A stretch of 64,000 bases of DNA from contig CAVWXH010000003.1 in NCBI GenBank assembly GCA_963758915.1, positions 320,001-384,000 of the forward strand. Reading direction: 5' to 3'. The stretch is from an uncultured Methanomicrobiales archaeon. Its GTDB lineage: Archaea > Halobacteriota > Methanomicrobia > Methanomicrobiales > Methanospirillaceae. The position numbers were made by a program, and so were the translations under genes. Shown here in pieces: positions 49,741-58,853 of the stretch; positions within the stretch are counted from its first letter, which is position 1; each line of letters starts with the position of its first letter. The notes below the pieces were generated by a model. That model was not told the DNA's origin. It saw only the letters and a program-made list of their open reading frames with translations, and searched no databases.

Positions 49741-52638
49741 TTACCCGGGGCGGTACCCAAGCGAGTAGACGAACGCAAGAATCTCCCTGACCTGGTCCTG
49801 TTGTTTGTTCGTCAGTTTCCTGTCTTTCTGGATCAGCCTGCCCATCCTGACGATTTTAAGCCGTTGTTCCTGGGACAGTGAACCCGAATGATGGGACCAC
49901 TTGAGGAGGTCAAGCCACTGGGTACTGTTAAATTTGAGATCGCCGTGGGGAACAGGGCCTGTTGAGTCTTTCGGAATTTCATCGGGTTGCCCCCCGTACA
50001 GTACTCCGTTCACGGGGTTTTCCAGTCCTTCCACCACCACTTTTTCAGGTTGAGGGCCATCATCCACCGATGGGGGTGCTTCTGGTGAAACTGCCCGGAC
50101 GGTGTTCTCTTCTGCTGGTTCATCGGGTTGTACAGGTTCTGGTGCCGGACCCGCCTTTTTTGCTGCAGGTTCAGGTTCCAGAAACAGGCTCTCAGCACCG
50201 GAGATCCCCGATACCCGGGGGATCACACCAGATAATACACGGGGAATATCCCCGGAAGACGGGTCTTCCGGTGGTACCGGGGATTGTTTCAATACGGGAG
50301 TGCTGTCCCTGGTGACCGGTTGAGACGGGTGCCCCACGGTCACGGGGAGTCCCTGCTCTTTCGACAGGACCAGTTGGACATTTTCTGTCGGGTTAGTCCC
50401 CTCATCTGGCCGGAAGAGGGGCTGCTGCACCGGGGGACGTCCGTTGCCAGGAGCCGCATCTCCTTCAAAAATGCCGGAATGGCTTTTACGCTCATCAGCG
50501 AGTGAGGTCCTGGCGTGTTCTAGTTCAGAGGAGAGTGTCCGGACCTCCTGTTCAGCGTGTAATTTTTCCCTTGCAAGTTTGCTGACATGTGCTTCAAGGG
50601 ATTTTATCTGGTTACCGGCAATTTCGAGTTCTTCTTTGAATTGGCGGATATTTGAGGCCTGGTCTTGTTTCGCACGTTCCATCTCCTCATGCGCAACACG
50701 GAGCTGCTGTCCGAGGCCTTCATGTTGCTCTTCCGCAGCTGTTGCTTTTTCTTCAGAAGTCCGTCGCAGTCCCCGTTCGGTTTCCAGCGCTGCATTTGTC
50801 TGTTCAAGCTCACCGGCAAGGGTTCGTACCTGTTGCCCTGACTGGTCCCTCTCCTGCACTGCCACACTCAGATCATTCCCGAGTACCTGGTTTCTGGTCC
50901 TTGCAGCATCCAGCTCTTGTTCAAGTGCCACGCGGATTGTTGTTATTGCATCAAGATCGCGTTCCCTTTGAGCAAGAGTCACGTTTCGCGAGTCAAGATC
51001 GGCCTTTATATCCTCATATTCCTGGCGCAATGACCCAAGGGCATTGTCATGTTCGAGAATTGTCCGTTCAAGGGTTTCTTCAATAGTACGGCGCTGGCCC
51101 CTCTCTGCTTCAATCTCATATTCCGCTTTTTCTAATGCAGCGGACAGGGCTTTTGCCTTTTGTTCTGATTGTTCCTTCTCAGCACCGGCTTCTTCAAGAT
51201 TCCCCGACAGGGATTGTATCTGCTGTTCCCCGGATGCAACTGCAGACCGGGCTTGTTCGAGTTCGGTTGAAACAGCCACTAACCGGTCTTCGGTTTTCTC
51301 CTTTTCTCCAATTACCACCGCAAGACGCTCTTTTTGTAATTTCGTGGTGCTCTCTTCATGTTCCAGCGCCGCAGACGAGGCAGAAAGCGCTTCCTTCAGG
51401 GTGCCGACCTGCTGGTTGAGTGTTACGATTTCAGAACGATATGATGATTCAGATTGTTCAAATTCCCGCCGGATTGAGACCACCTGGTTTTCTGTCAGAA
51501 CACGGCGGCTGGTTTCCGCATCCAGATCACTCTTCAACCGTTTCAGCTCTGAGGCCTGTTGTTTTGAAGTCTCCTCAAGACCGGTAATTGCCCGGGCCAG
51601 GTCTTGTTCAGACTGCGTTTTTGCCTTTTCCAGCGCCTGTATTTCCTCTTCTGCCGACATTGCCCGGGCTTTCTCTTCAGCAAAGGCCGTTTTCAGCTGC
51701 TCACGTTCGGACGTGAGAGCGCTGAGCGCCTTCTTAAGGGCCTCGCTACGGGTTGTTTCCTCGCCCAGTGCGTGCTGCACGGTATCAAGACTTGTTTTTT
51801 GGGCACCGGATTCTGCCGTGAGGGTGGAGATCCGGCTGGTGAGTGTGTCGGTTTGTGAACGGTGAGCGACCTTAGCACCATCAAGTTCCTGAACAAGATG
51901 TTCGATCTCCTCAGTCTTTTCAACATTCGTCTTTTCCAGCTCCTCGCACTGCCGTGTTAACGCGACAACTTTTTGTTCTTCCTGCCTGGCTGTCGATTGT
52001 ATTGATTCGATGGCCTGGAGCTGCCCGGTCACAGTCCTTTCCAGTTCTTTAAAAGATTCAGAACGTTCCCGGAGTTCTGACGTTACATGCGATAAGGCCT
52101 GGGATTTGTTAACCGTGATCTCAAATGCCGAGAGAAGATATTCGAGGAGTTTTCTCCGGTTGGCAGCAACAACGTAGGTCTTGTCGTCATGGCTGACCTT
52201 AAACTGCTTTGTGATCTGTTCAGGAGTCGGCCGCTCAACAGGAGTTGCGAGCATGCTTTCAATGAGCAGGACGTGATCAGGGAGGTCATAGGGCGGCGCT
52301 ATGAAATTATCGGCATTACTGTCAAGGACCTCCAGGAGGCCCTCAATGGTGGAGGCATTGGTAAGGATCAGGACCGGAATAGACCAGAGGTCGTCGTCAG
52401 CCTTGATCTGGCTGCAGACTTCAAATCCCTCCTGTTCTCCGGTCGTACAGTCACAGATAAGGAGGTTTGGTTTTTCTGCGCGAAGTGTTTCGTTGAGTTG
52501 TGCACCGTCGGTAAAAACCGTAACACGGTAATCCCTCTGTTCCAGGTTCTCCTTAAGCAGAAGAGCCGTCGTTTCATCAGTACTCAAAATGAATATGTCC
52601 AGAACATTTTCATTTCCATCCAACGGTGGGTCATTCAT
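49741..52638 (-). CDS. Atypical receiver domain + long coiled-coil + Pro-rich linker protein
   Basis: Receiver-like PNLLICD..GFEVCSQIK..IPVLILT..ADNFIAPPY; about 520 aa E/K/Q/L heptads; small helical C-domain. Confidence 0.85.
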   Translation of the reverse strand: MNDPPLDGNENVLDIFILSTDETTALLLKENLEQRDYRVTVFTDGAQLNETLRAEKPNLLICDCTTGEQEGFEVCSQIKADDDLWSIPVLILTNASTIEGLLEVLDSNADNFIAPPYDLPDHVLLIESMLATPVERPTPEQITKQFKVSHDDKTYVVAANRRKLLEYLLSAFEITVNKSQALSHVTSELRERSESFKELERTVTGQLQAIESIQSTARQEEQKVVALTRQCEELEKTNVEKTEEIEHLVQELDGAKVAHRSQTDTLTSRISTLTAESGAQKTSLDTVQHALGEETTRSEALKKALSALTSEREQLKTAFAEEKARAMSAEEEIQALEKAKTQSEQDLARAITGLEETSKQQASELKRLKSDLDAETSRRVLTENQVVSIRREFEQSESSYRSEIVTLNQQVGTLKEALSASSAALEHEESTTKLQKERLAVVIGEKEKTEDRLVAVSTELEQARSAVASGEQQIQSLSGNLEEAGAEKEQSEQKAKALSAALEKAEYEIEAERGQRRTIEETLERTILEHDNALGSLRQEYEDIKADLDSRNVTLAQRERDLDAITTIRVALEQELDAARTRNQVLGNDLSVAVQERDQSGQQVRTLAGELEQTNAALETERGLRRTSEEKATAAEEQHEGLGQQLRVAHEEMERAKQDQASNIRQFKEELEIAGNQIKSLEAHVSKLAREKLHAEQEVRTLSSELEHARTSLADERKSHSGIFEGDAAPGNGRPPVQQPLFRPDEGTNPTENVQLVLSKEQGLPVTVGHPSQPVTRDSTPVLKQSPVPPEDPSSGDIPRVLSGVIPRVSGISGAESLFLEPEPAAKKAGPAPEPVQPDEPAEENTVRAVSPEAPPSVDDGPQPEKVVVEGLENPVNGVLYGGQPDEIPKDSTGPVPHGDLKFNSTQWLDLLKWSHHSGSLSQEQRLKIVRMGRLIQKDRKLTNKQQDQVREILAFVYSLGYRPG

Positions 52639-53134
52639 CGCAATCTCCCCTATACGATTAGAAACTCATGAAATTCTATACCCTAGTAGATGATCTGGGT
52701 ATACTCTGTAATAGCACTTATGGTCAAACAGGACGTGCCTGTTCTTTTCCACAGAAAAAATTGCAGCAATGGGAAATCAGACCGATTTTTATATCCAAGT
52801 ACTTTTTACCGGATTTACGTCAGGTTGGGTTCTGTCAATGGATTACAACAATCGCGGACGGTTTTTTAATCCTTTCGTTCAAAGGTCCCCTATATCATTA
52901 AAATCCATCAGGTTGAATCTCATCGAAGGCTTGTATCGGCTGTTAAAGACACCCTTTTTACGGCTCACGGATACTCGGTGCCGTTATTGAATAACCGGGT
53001 TGTCGTCCTGACCGGTCAAAGAAACGCCCCTTTGTCGTTCCCGGGAGGCATCTGTATTGTTTATGTACCATGGCAGTACCTGTCAGGCAGATTTTTTTTT
53101 AAAAAAAATTAGGTACCGTAAAGAATCTTTCAGC

Positions 53135-54709
53135 TTATTCAGGCCGGTTGGTGATGGTAAATACGCAATGTTCATCACCTTTGGACCGGCACTTGATCTC
53201 TTTGCCCTGGACCTTTATCCCGAATGAGCCCTCAATGATCCCTGTAAGCAGGCCGGCCGTACAGAAACAGACATTCTTTCCTATGTTCCCGAAGGACTCG
53301 GACTCGACGGTGTGGGAGAGCGTGATGGTCTTCGTCTTGGTCTTCTCGTCCCATTCTTCCTTGACGAAATTGAACCAGCCCATCTGGGAGTAGAAGGCAA
53401 ATGCCATGTCGCTCATGGTCTTGGGATTGATCTTTTTAAGTTTCTCTTCCATTAACGGACCGTATACAATGTCTTCAGAAATTCCGACAAACAGGATACC
53501 GATGATCTCTCCTGCAGAATTCCTGATTGGCTCATACGCCACGACCATCTTTTTACCAACCACATCTGCAGTACCGTAATAGGTCTGCCCTTTTTTGATC
53601 ACGGCATCATAGACAACACTTGAAATCTCGGTTCCGACAGCCCGCTTGCCATCAGCGCCAATAACGTTGGTAGATACACGGATTGCCTTATCACCGATTT
53701 TCTGAAAGACGGTGGCCTTGCTGCCCATGTCCTTTTCAACGGAATCAACAACCTCGAAGTTATCGTTGACGATATGGCTGCCAAAAGCAATCTTGCCTCC
53801 GGAAACTGAAGGAGCCCCGTATGCTGTCAAACGGCTGTGCAGCAGGGTGAGATCCTTGTCAAGCTTGGTCCTGGAGAGGTCAAACGAGACACTCATCTTC
53901 TTGTAGTGCTCGACGTTTTCCTTGCCCATGTCCTTGTATGCACGGTAGTTGACACCGCTTGCCGGCGCCTCTCCCATGGTCTTCTTCAACGAATTGGTCA
54001 TGGACGTGAAGATGAAGCTGGGCATCATGACAACCGGTTCATCAATGAGGGAGATCTTGCCCTCAAGGGGTTTGTGCTCGATGAACTCGGTGATGGCGGA
54101 CTCGCCCTTGACCACGGCCTCTGCCTTGAACTTCCAGCTCGCAGAGACCTGGTCGGCAACAAACTCGCAGTATTCGTCGCCTTTCGCATGGCAGGTCTTC
54201 TCGAGACAATACCATGACTTCCCGGTTACTGACGTGAGGACTCCTTCGATCCAGCCCTGGTGTATACCGCAGACAGGCATGTTCCAGTCCTTGAGCACCT
54301 GGGACTCGAAGGTATGCTTGGTCCTGATGACGATCCGCTTCTCACTGGCAGAGACCAGCTCGAACGGGGCACCCCATCCCTGCTGGTGCTGGAGCTTGAA
54401 GACCAGCATCAGGAACTCTTCGGGTTTTAAGTCCATGCCAAGTTTTTTTAACAGGTTATTGAGCCCGACGGAACCCGCCCCGACCGAACGGAATAGCTTG
54501 CGGACTGCCTTGACCGCAAGTTTCTTGTTGAGGTTCGCCTCGTACATCTCGTAAATGGCTTTGACCAGGTAATTGGGGTTGCTGGCGGTTTTTACCCCGA
54601 AAACTGAATATGATCCCGCAAGAGGGTCAAGGTCGATATACGAGGATATCGTCTTCTCGCCTTTGATCAATGCCTCAAAATCTTCACGGCCAATCTTCTT
54701 TGACTCCAT
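53135..54709 (-). CDS. Double V4R-domain protein with inserted Cache domain
   Basis: GWG..FE..C..GWIEG..E..CHAKGDEYCEF and MGW..C..GIIEG..EIKCRSKGDEHCVF; insert ATVFQ..RVSTNV..GKRAVGT..YEPI..IIGILFVG. Confidence 0.85.
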   Translation of the reverse strand: MESKKIGREDFEALIKGEKTISSYIDLDPLAGSYSVFGVKTASNPNYLVKAIYEMYEANLNKKLAVKAVRKLFRSVGAGSVGLNNLLKKLGMDLKPEEFLMLVFKLQHQQGWGAPFELVSASEKRIVIRTKHTFESQVLKDWNMPVCGIHQGWIEGVLTSVTGKSWYCLEKTCHAKGDEYCEFVADQVSASWKFKAEAVVKGESAITEFIEHKPLEGKISLIDEPVVMMPSFIFTSMTNSLKKTMGEAPASGVNYRAYKDMGKENVEHYKKMSVSFDLSRTKLDKDLTLLHSRLTAYGAPSVSGGKIAFGSHIVNDNFEVVDSVEKDMGSKATVFQKIGDKAIRVSTNVIGADGKRAVGTEISSVVYDAVIKKGQTYYGTADVVGKKMVVAYEPIRNSAGEIIGILFVGISEDIVYGPLMEEKLKKINPKTMSDMAFAFYSQMGWFNFVKEEWDEKTKTKTITLSHTVESESFGNIGKNVCFCTAGLLTGIIEGSFGIKVQGKEIKCRSKGDEHCVFTITNRPE

Positions 54710-54743
54710 ACGATCACTTACATTTTTTCTATATATGGTGAAT

Positions 54744-54751
54744 TATATAAA
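54744..54751 (-). promoter_or_regulatory. Putative archaeal TATA box for the V4R gene
   Basis: TTTATATA on the minus strand about 35 nt upstream of ATG 54709. Confidence 0.4.
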
Positions 54752-54891
54752 TAAGAGCCCGGAAATTTCAGATGAAGATTGCGAACCGGCAGGCTGGATT
54801 ACAGTTTGTACCTGTTTCTTAAGAGGCGGAGGACCGCCTGACAAAAATCCGGGGTTATTCAGGAACCGGCTCATTCAACAATGAGGACAGT

Positions 54892-55239
54892 TCAGAGTGC
54901 CGCAATAAGCCGTTCCCTGTTCTTCTTCAGGTTGTATCGTATAAGCCCGCTGCTTTCCAGTTTATCGGCAATGATGGTGACAAATTCGTTATCAGTCAGG
55001 GGCGCGATAATGATAAAGCCTTTCAGGAGTTCCATATGCATCTGGAGCAGTTTTCCCCGCGCAAGTTCCGTCCCCATTGCCTCCGATGAGCCCATGCCGG
55101 TGGATGCCATTGCACCTACCGTATCGAGATCGATGTTCCCTGACTTGACCCCTTCAATGAGAAAACCGTCCCGCCCCACAACGGCAGCTCCCGACACACC
55201 TTCGATTGCAAGGAACTCTTCAAGTATCGATTTCAGCAT
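54892..55239 (-). CDS. Roadblock/LC7 (MglB-like) protein
   Basis: GVSGAAVVGRDGFLIE, VGAMAS, GLIRYNLKK. Confidence 0.92.
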   Translation of the reverse strand: MLKSILEEFLAIEGVSGAAVVGRDGFLIEGVKSGNIDLDTVGAMASTGMGSSEAMGTELARGKLLQMHMELLKGFIIIAPLTDNEFVTIIADKLESSGLIRYNLKKNRERLIAAL

Positions 55240-55401
55240 AATAAATCTAGTAATATTATTAGTATTTTAATTTTCCCTGAAATATTTTATTAACAAAGAT
55301 TTCTATCCGGTGAAGAGATCAATTGTTTCCTGGTTTTTCGGATGTCACACTGAATTTGTGTCAGGGTAGTTCCCCAGACCCGATGCATAGCCCCACCCCC
55401 G

Positions 55402-55620
55402 TTATTCCCGTATTCCCAGCAATTCGTCGATAACTGACAGGGTTACGGCTTCAGAGAGGGAAACAAACCACGCCTGTTTATTTTCCATGATAACCAGCCC
55501 GACCGGATCCCTGGCGACCATACCGCCATGATCGGATACCAGGGTCATATCACGAATTACCGGGACAATAGTCCGTTCCCCGCAATCTACCGGGTCAGAA
55601 AACCGGATGGCTGCCTTCAT
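55402..55620 (-). CDS. Small hypothetical protein (YtfJ-like fragment fold)
   Basis: PVDCGERTIVPV..PVGLVI parallels PVDLGETLVIPV..PVALII of 56302-56679; overlaps the upstream stop. Confidence 0.6.
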   Translation of the reverse strand: MKAAIRFSDPVDCGERTIVPVIRDMTLVSDHGGMVARDPVGLVIMENKQAWFVSLSEAVTLSVIDELLGIRE

Positions 55621-56285
55621 GCGGCCACGTCTCCGGGTTTCTTTCTCATCGTTTTCATTACCCTCCGGGCTGAAGGGTGTTTTGCGATCTTCACCGCATT
55701 CACGAGTACCAGGAACGGGCAGGTGATACGGAACCGGGCAGATATATCAATCTCACAGACCTCCCCGTTGAATTCGGGCACCATGGTGAACTTGATCCGG
55801 TCCCAGGGCAACAACGGTATCAGGGCCCGGTACAGGCCATACACCATCCCGGTTGCACTCGGGTCGCCAAGCCCGATCCGTGCAGCCCCCCTGATATAAT
55901 CAAGCCGGGTATGCCTGACAAGGTCAAGAAACGCCTCGAATACCGGCCCCTGAAGCTCGAGCAGGGATGAAATAATTCCGGGACCCTGTCCCGGACCGGG
56001 ACCACCTCCGGTGGGTTCTTTTTCCGGGCCCATGAAGGAGGAGAGGGGCCGTGTAACCAGCCTCACACCGCCAACCACCACGGACACCTGCGGGTCTTTG
56101 CCCGAAACCAGCATTTCAAGCCCGAAAATAAACCATGATCCCACGATAATCCCCTTTATTTCCGATTCAGGGGTCTGGAATGACAGCGAGACCCGGAAGG
56201 GGAGGAGGAGAACAAGGACCTCTATGAGCAGCAGGGCAATAATAATGCCGGACACCAGCAGTATCGCCGGGATGGGGTCACTCAT
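55617..56285 (-). CDS. DUF2953-like protein
   Basis: N-terminal TM; IGLGDPSATGMVYG, PEF motif; adjacent to a YtfJ-family gene. Confidence 0.78.
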   Translation of the reverse strand: MSDPIPAILLVSGIIIALLLIEVLVLLLPFRVSLSFQTPESEIKGIIVGSWFIFGLEMLVSGKDPQVSVVVGGVRLVTRPLSSFMGPEKEPTGGGPGPGQGPGIISSLLELQGPVFEAFLDLVRHTRLDYIRGAARIGLGDPSATGMVYGLYRALIPLLPWDRIKFTMVPEFNGEVCEIDISARFRITCPFLVLVNAVKIAKHPSARRVMKTMRKKPGDVAA

Positions 56286-56301
56286 GGTGAAAAACCAGGG
56301 A

Positions 56302-56679
56302 CTACTCTGGTTTCCCGGTCTCTTTCTTATCCATCTGCCTGATCGCCTCGATTATCTGGGGGGCGACCTTGTCGCTCAGGGCATTGATGACCTGGACGAG
56401 CGTGGACTCTTTCCGGAGACTCATGACCTGGATGCCGGTCGGTCCTTTCACGTCTTTATAGAGGATGATCAGGGCAACAGGCTCGATACCTGCCCCACCG
56501 CCGCTTCCCCTGCCGCCTTCCGCTCCGCCGCCACCTCCGGCGCCAAACCCGAACCCGAACCGTGTTACGGGGATGACCAGTGTTTCACCGAGGTCAACGG
56601 GTTTTCCAATCACATTGTCCGGCTGGAGGGATTCGCGTAACTCCTCAGCCGTGCTTTTTAACATTTCTTCCGGGGACAT
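56302..56679 (-). CDS. GerW/YtfJ family protein
   Basis: VIGKPV..VIPVTRFGFGFGAGGG..GGGAGIEPVA; GAGGAG upstream of ATG 56679. Confidence 0.88.
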   Translation of the reverse strand: MSPEEMLKSTAEELRESLQPDNVIGKPVDLGETLVIPVTRFGFGFGAGGGGGAEGGRGSGGGAGIEPVALIILYKDVKGPTGIQVMSLRKESTLVQVINALSDKVAPQIIEAIRQMDKKETGKPE

Positions 56680-56897
56680 TTTGTTTTTCAACTCCTCGCG
56701 GGGTTACGCATCCATACGATGATATGATTAATGTAGTTATCGTGGGTTATATCCAGGGTTGCGAATGAGGGTACCCGGTCCTGGAAGGGAAGATAATCTG
56801 CGGGTTATTGCTGCCAGCCGGTATGAAACGTATATATGGTACCCCATGACAGTTTCTTAACAGACCATTTTTCCAGGAAAGGGAGTTGATAATCACC

Positions 56898-57245
56898 GTG
56901 AATGACGAGAAACAATTCAAGGTAGACAAAGCCGCAATCAATGCTGCAAATTCTTCTGCACATACCCTGTCAAAAGATGCAGGTGTGAAGGGGCAGAAGG
57001 CCGCCGCTGATGAAACAACCGGGGCCCGTACACCTGCTCCGAAGACCCTGGCGGGCGTTCCCTGCCCCAGGTGCGGAAAGATAACCCTTCGTGCAGAATT
57101 CCCGGACCAGTATGAAACATGGATCAAATGTTCGTCATGTAGTTTTTTCCTGGGGATGAGTCACGATGACTGGCACCGCATGGAGAACAGTCCCAATATC
57201 AGTGAAAAAATTAAAAAAATGGCGGTAACGAAGGGAATATTGTAA
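56898..57245 (+). CDS. Zinc-ribbon hypothetical protein
   Basis: CPRCG..CSSC; GGAGTTGAT upstream of GTG. Confidence 0.65.
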   Translation: MNDEKQFKVDKAAINAANSSAHTLSKDAGVKGQKAAADETTGARTPAPKTLAGVPCPRCGKITLRAEFPDQYETWIKCSSCSFFLGMSHDDWHRMENSPNISEKIKKMAVTKGIL

Positions 57246-57433
57246 GGGCGGGGATGGTCTGCCAGGGTTTTAGTCTTTTTTGGTGCCTCTCTCCGGCCAC
57301 CAGTACCGATTAATACTACCCTGGATGAGGAATTCCAGGACCTCTCCTTTATCACCGGCCCCGGTGCCGGGAACGGGTAAAAAATGGTTTTATCCGTCCC
57401 TCCTGGACTTTTTTTCCCGGTCGGTGCATGCCA

Positions 57434-57883
57434 TCACGATTTCGTAAAGGACGGCTCCCTGGTCCGGGTCGCGACCGGCTGATCGATGATTTTGTACCGG
57501 TTCCCGTTGAAATAATTGACATATACGACTACGGCATCAGTCCCCTTCGTCCCCTGGAATGTCACCACCTCACCCTTGACCGGCTTTAATATCTTAGTAA
57601 CCTTCGTCCCGTCAGACCCGGTAACTATCACCTCAGCATTCTTAACCTGGACCTGTCCGTTCCCTCCGGCAAATGTTACATCCAGGGTATTGTAGATAGG
57701 GTCCTTTTCCGCGACACTGACCGTAACCGCATTTTCCACGGGGATTACATCAGTCGGGGCCGTTGTTACGGAGTTCACGGGCACGGGGTTTGTCGTGCCT
57801 GCCGGCTGTGCAGGGAGACTGTTACATCCCGCAGAAAGCACAAAAACACCGACCAGGAGGATTGCTAAAAGCACGCTTTTCAT
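57434..57883 (-). CDS. Hypothetical lipoprotein
   Basis: LSAGC signal, P/T linker, beta-rich domain VTFAGGNGQ. Confidence 0.8.
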   Translation of the reverse strand: MKSVLLAILLVGVFVLSAGCNSLPAQPAGTTNPVPVNSVTTAPTDVIPVENAVTVSVAEKDPIYNTLDVTFAGGNGQVQVKNAEVIVTGSDGTKVTKILKPVKGEVVTFQGTKGTDAVVVYVNYFNGNRYKIIDQPVATRTREPSFTKS

Positions 57884-58011
57884 GAGACAACATACACACG
57901 GTCTTCACTATTAATGTTCGGGATGGGCCACCATGGATCTGAAAGCACGGTAATCCATGATCCGTCAGCGGTTTTCCATGATCAGGTGGGAGCGGAACAT
58001 GAAGAGAAGTT

Positions 58012-58135
58012 CGCTATGCAAAAACATACATGAACGGGAAGTTAAAACCCGGACGATTGAAAATGCCTCTAAAATCTCAATGTTTTAGGATCCGTTCAGG
58101 CAGGTTCCTGGGAAACCTGCATCGGTAACAAAGGG
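58012..58135. mobile_element. Short MITE-family derivative
   Basis: CATGAAC..GAAGTT..ACCCGGACGATTGAAAAT shared with reverse of 28680-28771; degenerate ends CGCTATGCAAAAAC / AACAAAGGG. Confidence 0.55.
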
Positions 58136-58262
58136 CTCTTCGCTATTATGAGTGGGCACCTGTGAGAGTGTAAAAAAATGAATTGATGGGGCTCCGCCCC
58201 AAACCCGGATTAAGAGAGTTCCGCCACCCCCTCCCTGCCGGACACCGGCTTTTTGCGGGCAG

Positions 58263-58853
58263 TTATGCTACCTTGATCTCTTTTTCAAATTCATGAAGTG
58301 TTACCGCGACATCCCCCTTGCAGAGAGATATTGTAGCCGAAACCAGGATCGTCCCTGTAACGTTCTGCACCCGTTTCTCTTTGAATTGTAGTACCGCCTT
58401 GTTCAGGGTCATCGATCCTTCGACCTTGAAGTATTGTTTCATATGGCAGATATCAACAGGACCGGCCCGGAGAATGAAATCCAGATATGGGTAAAACGTC
58501 GGGAACGATATGCAGGGAAAATTGTCGCCGGGGGTGATTGAAAGTTCCTTCCTGTTGTTATCAGCCGCCTCACGACATGGTTCCACCTGGTTGATTCTGT
58601 CTAGGGAACACGTGATCACCCCGTCTGTCAGGAATTTCGGAAGGACCTCGACGATCTTCCGGGTCAGGAGGTCCCATCCATCATCTTCTGTCTTGTGGGA
58701 TTTTTCTGCATACCTCTGGAGTAGTTCAGAAAATTCATCTCTTTCGTCCAGGAATTCCCTGCTTTCCACCATCTGTTTAATTTCTTTTGCGAAGTCGTCC
58801 TGTGCCTTCTCTTCTGCCTTCGTTACAACCAAAATGTCACTCCTCCTTGTCAT
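58263..58853 (-). CDS. Hypothetical protein
   Basis: 196-aa ORF overlapping the upstream gene's 3' end; protein-like composition. Confidence 0.7.
   Translation of the reverse strand: MTRRSDILVVTKAEEKAQDDFAKEIKQMVESREFLDERDEFSELLQRYAEKSHKTEDDGWDLLTRKIVEVLPKFLTDGVITCSLDRINQVEPCREAADNNRKELSITPGDNFPCISFPTFYPYLDFILRAGPVDICHMKQYFKVEGSMTLNKAVLQFKEKRVQNVTGTILVSATISLCKGDVAVTLHEFEKEIKVA

Noticed and set aside
58187-58208. GGGGCTCCGCCCCAAACCC hairpin as an IS200/IS605-type end
   Set aside because: Short GC hairpin only, with no tnpA/tnpB nearby; may be a terminator-region stem or MITE-related.
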